Source: Isurus oxyrinchus (Eukaryota). From it: 64,000 bases of DNA. This document shows, in pieces, positions 59,272-64,000 of the stretch. The notes under the pieces are model-generated. The model was not told where the DNA came from. It worked only from the letters and a program-made list of their open reading frames with translations, and did not search any database. Position numbers and translations under genes: made by a program. The stretch covers positions 434,001 to 498,000 of the forward strand of contig JANJGN010000071.1 in assembly GCA_026770705.1 (NCBI GenBank), in the 5' to 3' direction. Numbering within the stretch: position 1 is the first letter of the stretch; each line of letters opens with the position of its first letter.

Positions 59272-59742
59272 AATCAAGAAGCTTGACACCATCCAGGACA
59301 AAGCAGCCCGATTGATCTACACCCCATCCCCCACATTAAACATTCACTCCCTCCACAACGAACACACAGTGGAAGCAGTGTGTGTACCATCTACAAGATG
59401 CACTGCAGCAACTCAGCAGGGCTCCTTCAACAGCACCTTCCAAACCCACGACCTCTACCATCTAGAAGGACAAGGGCAGCAGACACATGGGAACACCACC
59501 ACCTGGAAGTTCCCCTCCAAGCCACTCACCATCCTGACTTGGAAATATATCATCGTTCCTTCACTGTCACTGGGTCAAAATCCCGGAACTCCCTCCCTAA
59601 CAGCACTGTGGGTGTACCTACACCACATGGACTGCAGCGGGTCAAGAAGGCTGATCACCACCACCTTCTCAAGGGCAATTAGGGATGGGCATTAATGCTG
59701 GCTTCACCAGTGACAGCCACATTCGATGTAAGAATTAAAAAT
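59272..59742 (+). mobile_element. CR1-group LINE 3' end
   Basis: KKLDTIQDKAARLI... and tail homologous to 9910-10370. Confidence 0.8.
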
Positions 59743-60313
59743 CTCACAGCTCAATGTATTTATTGGGATCCTCCTGCACACACGCCCTGTCGAAGGAGCC
59801 TTTGTGGTTCCATTGTTAATCAAAGCAGATCAGACTTACTGCAACTACTTGCATTTATATAGCACCTTTAATGTAGCAAAATGTCCCAAGGCTCATCCGG
59901 GAATTGTTAGTCACATCTTCACCTGACTCTGAGGCACATGAGGAGATATAAGGGACAGGAGACCAACAGCTGCGTCAACAAAGTCAGTTATTAACGGGCA
60001 TCTTAAAGGAGGAGCTGGAGATAGAGAATGAGTGACAGACACAGAAAGAAAGACAGAGAGAGGGAGAGAGAGAACAAGAGAGCGAGAGAGAGAGAGAGAG
60101 AGACAGAGAGAGACAGTGAATCTCTATCCCCAGTGGCTCAGCATCCAGTCCTCTCTGGAGAAGCATTTCATTCCAAACCACACCAACCGCAGCCCAATCC
60201 CATCCCTTCCTCCCTCTCTCCCCCTCTCCCCCAGTGGGTTGTTTCCCGTTCCCAGGAATCTCAATCACTACCCCCACCCCCATACCTCCTCACTCCCTCT
60301 CCCCATTTTTCAT

Positions 60314-60562
60314 TCAGTTATGCTCGAACCTGATCTGTGCGTATTCCGTCTCCTGATCCCTGTGGACAGACCCATCATCACTGGACATCCTCAATACTTG
60401 GGGATTGGCGTAGAGAAGGCCGTTTGGATTGTCGATGTGCCAATGTCCAGCATCGCCTCCCAATGCACCTTCAGAGAGACCCCGGGGAGCTGGGGTCTCC
60501 CCCTCACTAGTTGTGTCTCTGGTTGTGTTCCGGGGCTCAGTAATCAGCACGTTCTGTTTACC
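60314..60562 (-). CDS. Orphan terminal cytoplasmic exon (LLYANP; TEYAQI)
   Basis: 249-nt open paralog with intact acceptor; ends DQETEYAQIRFEHN*. Confidence 0.7.
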   Translation of the reverse strand, partial: GKQNVLITEPRNTTRDTTSEGETPAPRGLSEGALGGDAGHWHIDNPNGLLYANPQVLRMSSDDGSVHRDQETEYAQIRFEHN

Positions 60563-60707
60563 CTACAGAGAAATGGAAACAGAAGACATCCTCACATCAA
60601 TTACTGGCACTGATAGGGTTAAATTATTGTGCAGCCTCGTTAGTGTCAGTCGTGTCTCAGTGGGTTTAACCCTCTCTCTCATGTCATCTGAAAGAAACCA
60701 CCTATGG

Positions 60708-61380
60708 CAGTGCAGTGCTCCCTCAGTACTGACCCCCCCGACTGTGCAGAACATCCTCAATAGTGACCCTCTGTCAGTCTCGCACTCCCTCTGTACAGTG
60801 CAGCACTTCCTTAGCACTGACCCTCTGACAGTGCAGCACTCCCTCGGAACTGACCCTCCATCAGTGCAGCGCTCACTCAGTACTGACCCTCCAACAGTGC
60901 AGCACTCCCTTAGCACTGACCCTCTGACAGTGCAGCACTCACTCAGTACTGACCCTCCATCAGTGCAGCACTCCCTTAGCCCTGACCCTCTGCCAGTGCA
61001 GCACTCCCTCACTACTGACCCTCCAACAATGCAGCACTGCCTTAGCACTGACCCTCTGACAGTGCAGCACTCACTCAGTACTGACCCTCCAACAGTGCAG
61101 CACTCCCTTAGCCCTGACCCTCTGACAGTGCAGCACTCCCTCAGTACTGACCCTCCAACAGTGCAGCACTCCCTTTTCACTGACCCTCTGACAGTGCAGC
61201 ACTCCCTCAGTACTGACCCTGCAACAGTGCAGCACTTCCTTAGCACTGACCCTCTGATGGTGCAGTACTCCCACATTACTGACCCTCTGACAGTGCAGCA
61301 CTCACTCAGTACTGACCCCTCCAACATTGCAGCATTCCCTCTGCACTGACCCTCTGACAGTGCAGCACTCCCTCAGTAAT
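60708..61380. repeat. 33-bp minisatellite
   Basis: About 19 units, abutting the start of the inverted segment. Confidence 0.92.
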
Positions 61381-61599
61381 GATACCACAGATTGTCGACA
61401 TGGACCATATGGCCAGAGACCTGTATTGGGAACTCTTATCGCCTGAGTTTCAGCCTCCGAGGGGAGGGGAAGGGGTTTAATCCCACGGAGCCATTGGAGA
61501 AGCTTCATGACTACAGCTGCCCAAATATGAGCTGACAGATCATCACATGGTAAACGTTTTGCTGAGAGCACAAAACATCCTCAATCTTCTCACTGATTA

Positions 61600-64000
61600 C
61601 CCACTTCCACATTTTGTCTCACAGTGACACATCAACCCTTTCTAATTAAACACACAGAGGGAGCAGCACAGGAAGAGGTCATTCTGCCCAAGCAGAGCGG
61701 GTGGGCAGTTCCTCCCCAGGCAAGCAGTCGGACAGGTCCTGGGTAAGTAACGGAACGATTGGAATTCACTTCCACCACCAACACTGTCCTTTGTTGATGT
61801 TGTGACTTTATAAAGACAGATTCCAATGATTGATGCCTTTGAAAGATTTCTACTGATTATTGAGATCTGGGTGTGAGGCTCAAGTCTGTTGTACAGAACA
61901 TCTTTCTAGCTCAAGGGATGAGGGAAGAGCAGAGACATGAGCTTTGGGACATCTTGAGGTGGTGAAAGGTGCTATAGAAATGCAAACCCTTCATTGTTTT
62001 TCTTTGTTAAAGTCTTGTGACTCTCTGCAGAGCACCTATCATCCCACAGATAATCAAATTAGTCTGAGAAAACATTGTCTAAAAGCAGTTCTGATCTCTC
62101 GAGAGCTGTCGGACAATAGGTGAGGTCTCATTATCTCCTTTCTCTTTCATAGCTTGAGAGTCAGAAGTGGATGGAATATCTGGGAGTGGACAATGATCGG
62201 GAAATCTTACTTCCTCCTGTCACTTCTCCAAGGTAATATCATCGTCAGCTCAGACAGATTTATGGCTAATAGTCTTTGTAAAAGATCATTCTTATTGAGC
62301 TGTGATTGGGAACCAATTCAGCAGTGAGCCAGTGTACAACCTCACACCAAGTCCCATTCACCCATCACCCCTGTGCTCACTGATATACACTGACTCCATG
62401 TCTGACAGCAGAATTGGAGGAGAATAGAGATCTCAGAGGGTTGTAAGAACTGGAGGAGGTTACAGAGATAGGGAGGGGAGAGGGTGGATTGCGGGTAAGA
62501 AATCAATGATGAGAATTTGAAATTTGAGTCATTGCTGGACTGGGAGCCAATGTAGGTCAGTGAGTGACAGGGGAGCGATCGGCTGAATAGAGAATCAGGG
62601 ATAAAAACTGGGGAATGAGGTCTATCCTGATGCTAGGACTCGGATAACAATGCCCTGAAATTTTGTGTCATTTGCTGATTTTAGTCAGAATTTCCCATGA
62701 AGACAACACAGCAGCTCCTAGAATAGACAGGCTGTTCAGTGTCACACTTCCTGTCCATTCTCACCATGCTAGAAACTTCAATAAGGGAGCAAGATAACTG
62801 AAAGAGAGAAGGAAGGTAAAGCTGTCTGTGTGTAAAACTGTCAAATATTCTGAGTTATCATGAGTGTCCCTGATCTGCTGCAGAGTTTAAATTTCACAGA
62901 ATATTAGCACTTTGCAGCTCAGAGAGAGACCATTGACTCACTGCCTGAAAGGGCGGTGGAAGCAGATTCAACAGGAACTTTCAGAAGGGGAACTGGATAA
63001 ATACTTGAAGAGGACATTTTGCAGGGCTGTGGAGGAGAGAGCAGAGCTGAGCGTGGGAATAATTAGACAGATCTTTCAAAGGCCCAGCACATGTTCGATG
63101 GGCAAATGGCTTCCTTCTCTTCCAGATCATTCTACAATCTGATAAATTAAGCCCCACATCAATAACTCTTAAGGCTCCTGCTGCAGGGATGGATCTTTGA
63201 GAAGGACAGGGAACAAGAGGTTTCTGGTATCATTTTCATATTGTACTGAATCTTGCTGCCAGAATGTTTGGTCACCGCTGATCACCATGTTGTGTTTTTA
63301 TAATGATATAAAGGCACCAGCCACTGATACGGAATTGGGTAAATACATTGTGGGTTCAGTTATTTAGAATGGGGACATGAGAACAGATATACAAGGATAG
63401 AAAGCTGGGAGACACCTGCAGCCAAACTGTGTGAGCTGTGTTCTGCTCACAGACCAAAGAAACTTGGACTGGATGGTGTTATCATCCCAGCTGATGTTAC
63501 TACTGGGCAAGTCAGATCCCAGGGTGGAGCTCAGCTTGATAGGTCCTAACTTTTATTTTTTATTTAGGAATGTGGAGTGCGGCTACTGAACAGAGTCACA
63601 GGAGTCATCTGATGAACTTCTAACAAAAGAATAAAACATTTATTAAACTAGGAAAGACAAACTATATTACATTACTCCTTCACCCAGACCTATACCTTTA
63701 CAGATTCATAAGGATAACACAATTACAATAACTAACTTATACTCTCATGTTCACACTAAGTACACAGTCGATGTAAAACAGTAGACGACCTGGGGTCAGG
63801 GACACCACATTCTGAAACCAAGTGACAGAGCCCACTTGGAACAAATGCTCCGGGTCCCTCCTCAACTGACTCTAGACGCTTGTTACACCGTGAGGCAACT
63901 GGTCTAACGAAACTGCTTCTTTCACATGAGGGTTTCCAATCTCTACTCACCAAGAACTCTCTTTGGAATCTTCTCCAACATGACACTTTCACTCAGACAC
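61600..64000. repeat. Inverted segmental duplication of the gene D 5' region
   Basis: 61600-63080 matches rc(53205-51775); 63080-63240 matches rc(50105-49935); 63240-64000 matches rc(46116-45360). Confidence 0.9.
62193..62232 (+). CDS. Gene E: signal-peptide exon (MIGKSYFLLSLLQ) of a + strand paralog continuing beyond the window
   Basis: Inverted copy of 52590-52629; donor CAA G|gtaata; non-coding exon donor at 61742; acceptor shifted 2 nt (cag changed to catag). Confidence 0.82.

Overview
Repeat-rich vertebrate genomic DNA with assembly gaps, most likely from a cartilaginous fish (inferred from DeuSINE/SacSINE1-like, CR1, L2 and Gypsy repeats and retroposon-derived minisatellites). Almost none of the supplied ORFs are real proteins; the genes are multi-exonic and were reconstructed by hand from splice sites and phase. 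The window is a rearranging cluster of Siglec/CD22/MAG-like Ig receptors with a hepcidin gene embedded in it. (A) 3' half of a + strand inhibitory receptor: four near-identical 282-bp C2-type exons, a neutral TM exon and an ITIM+ITSM tail (414-8105). (B) A + strand leader and V-set exon cut off by a Gypsy element (16136-17303). (C) A three-exon hepcidin (hamp)-like gene whose coding frame is missing from the ORF track (22265-27096), with a TATA box, a GGCGCC BMP-response element, an RQKR furin site and an atypical 8-Cys mature peptide, MGRQQRCRFCCNCCNWRESNETCGLCCRY; exon 1 is one base short of the frame of exon 2. (D) A - strand candidate activating receptor: two promoter/leader cassettes, three tandem V-set exons, one C2 exon, a dead C2 exon, and a TM exon with an intramembrane Arg and a short Tyr-free tail (52629-34299). 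(E) Orphan - strand cytoplasmic/ITSM tail exons (57361-60562), then the promoter and leader of a + strand paralog inside an inverted duplication (61.6-64 kb). The main discoveries are the divergent hepcidin and an apparent paired activating/inhibitory Siglec-like system. Repeat boundaries are approximate.
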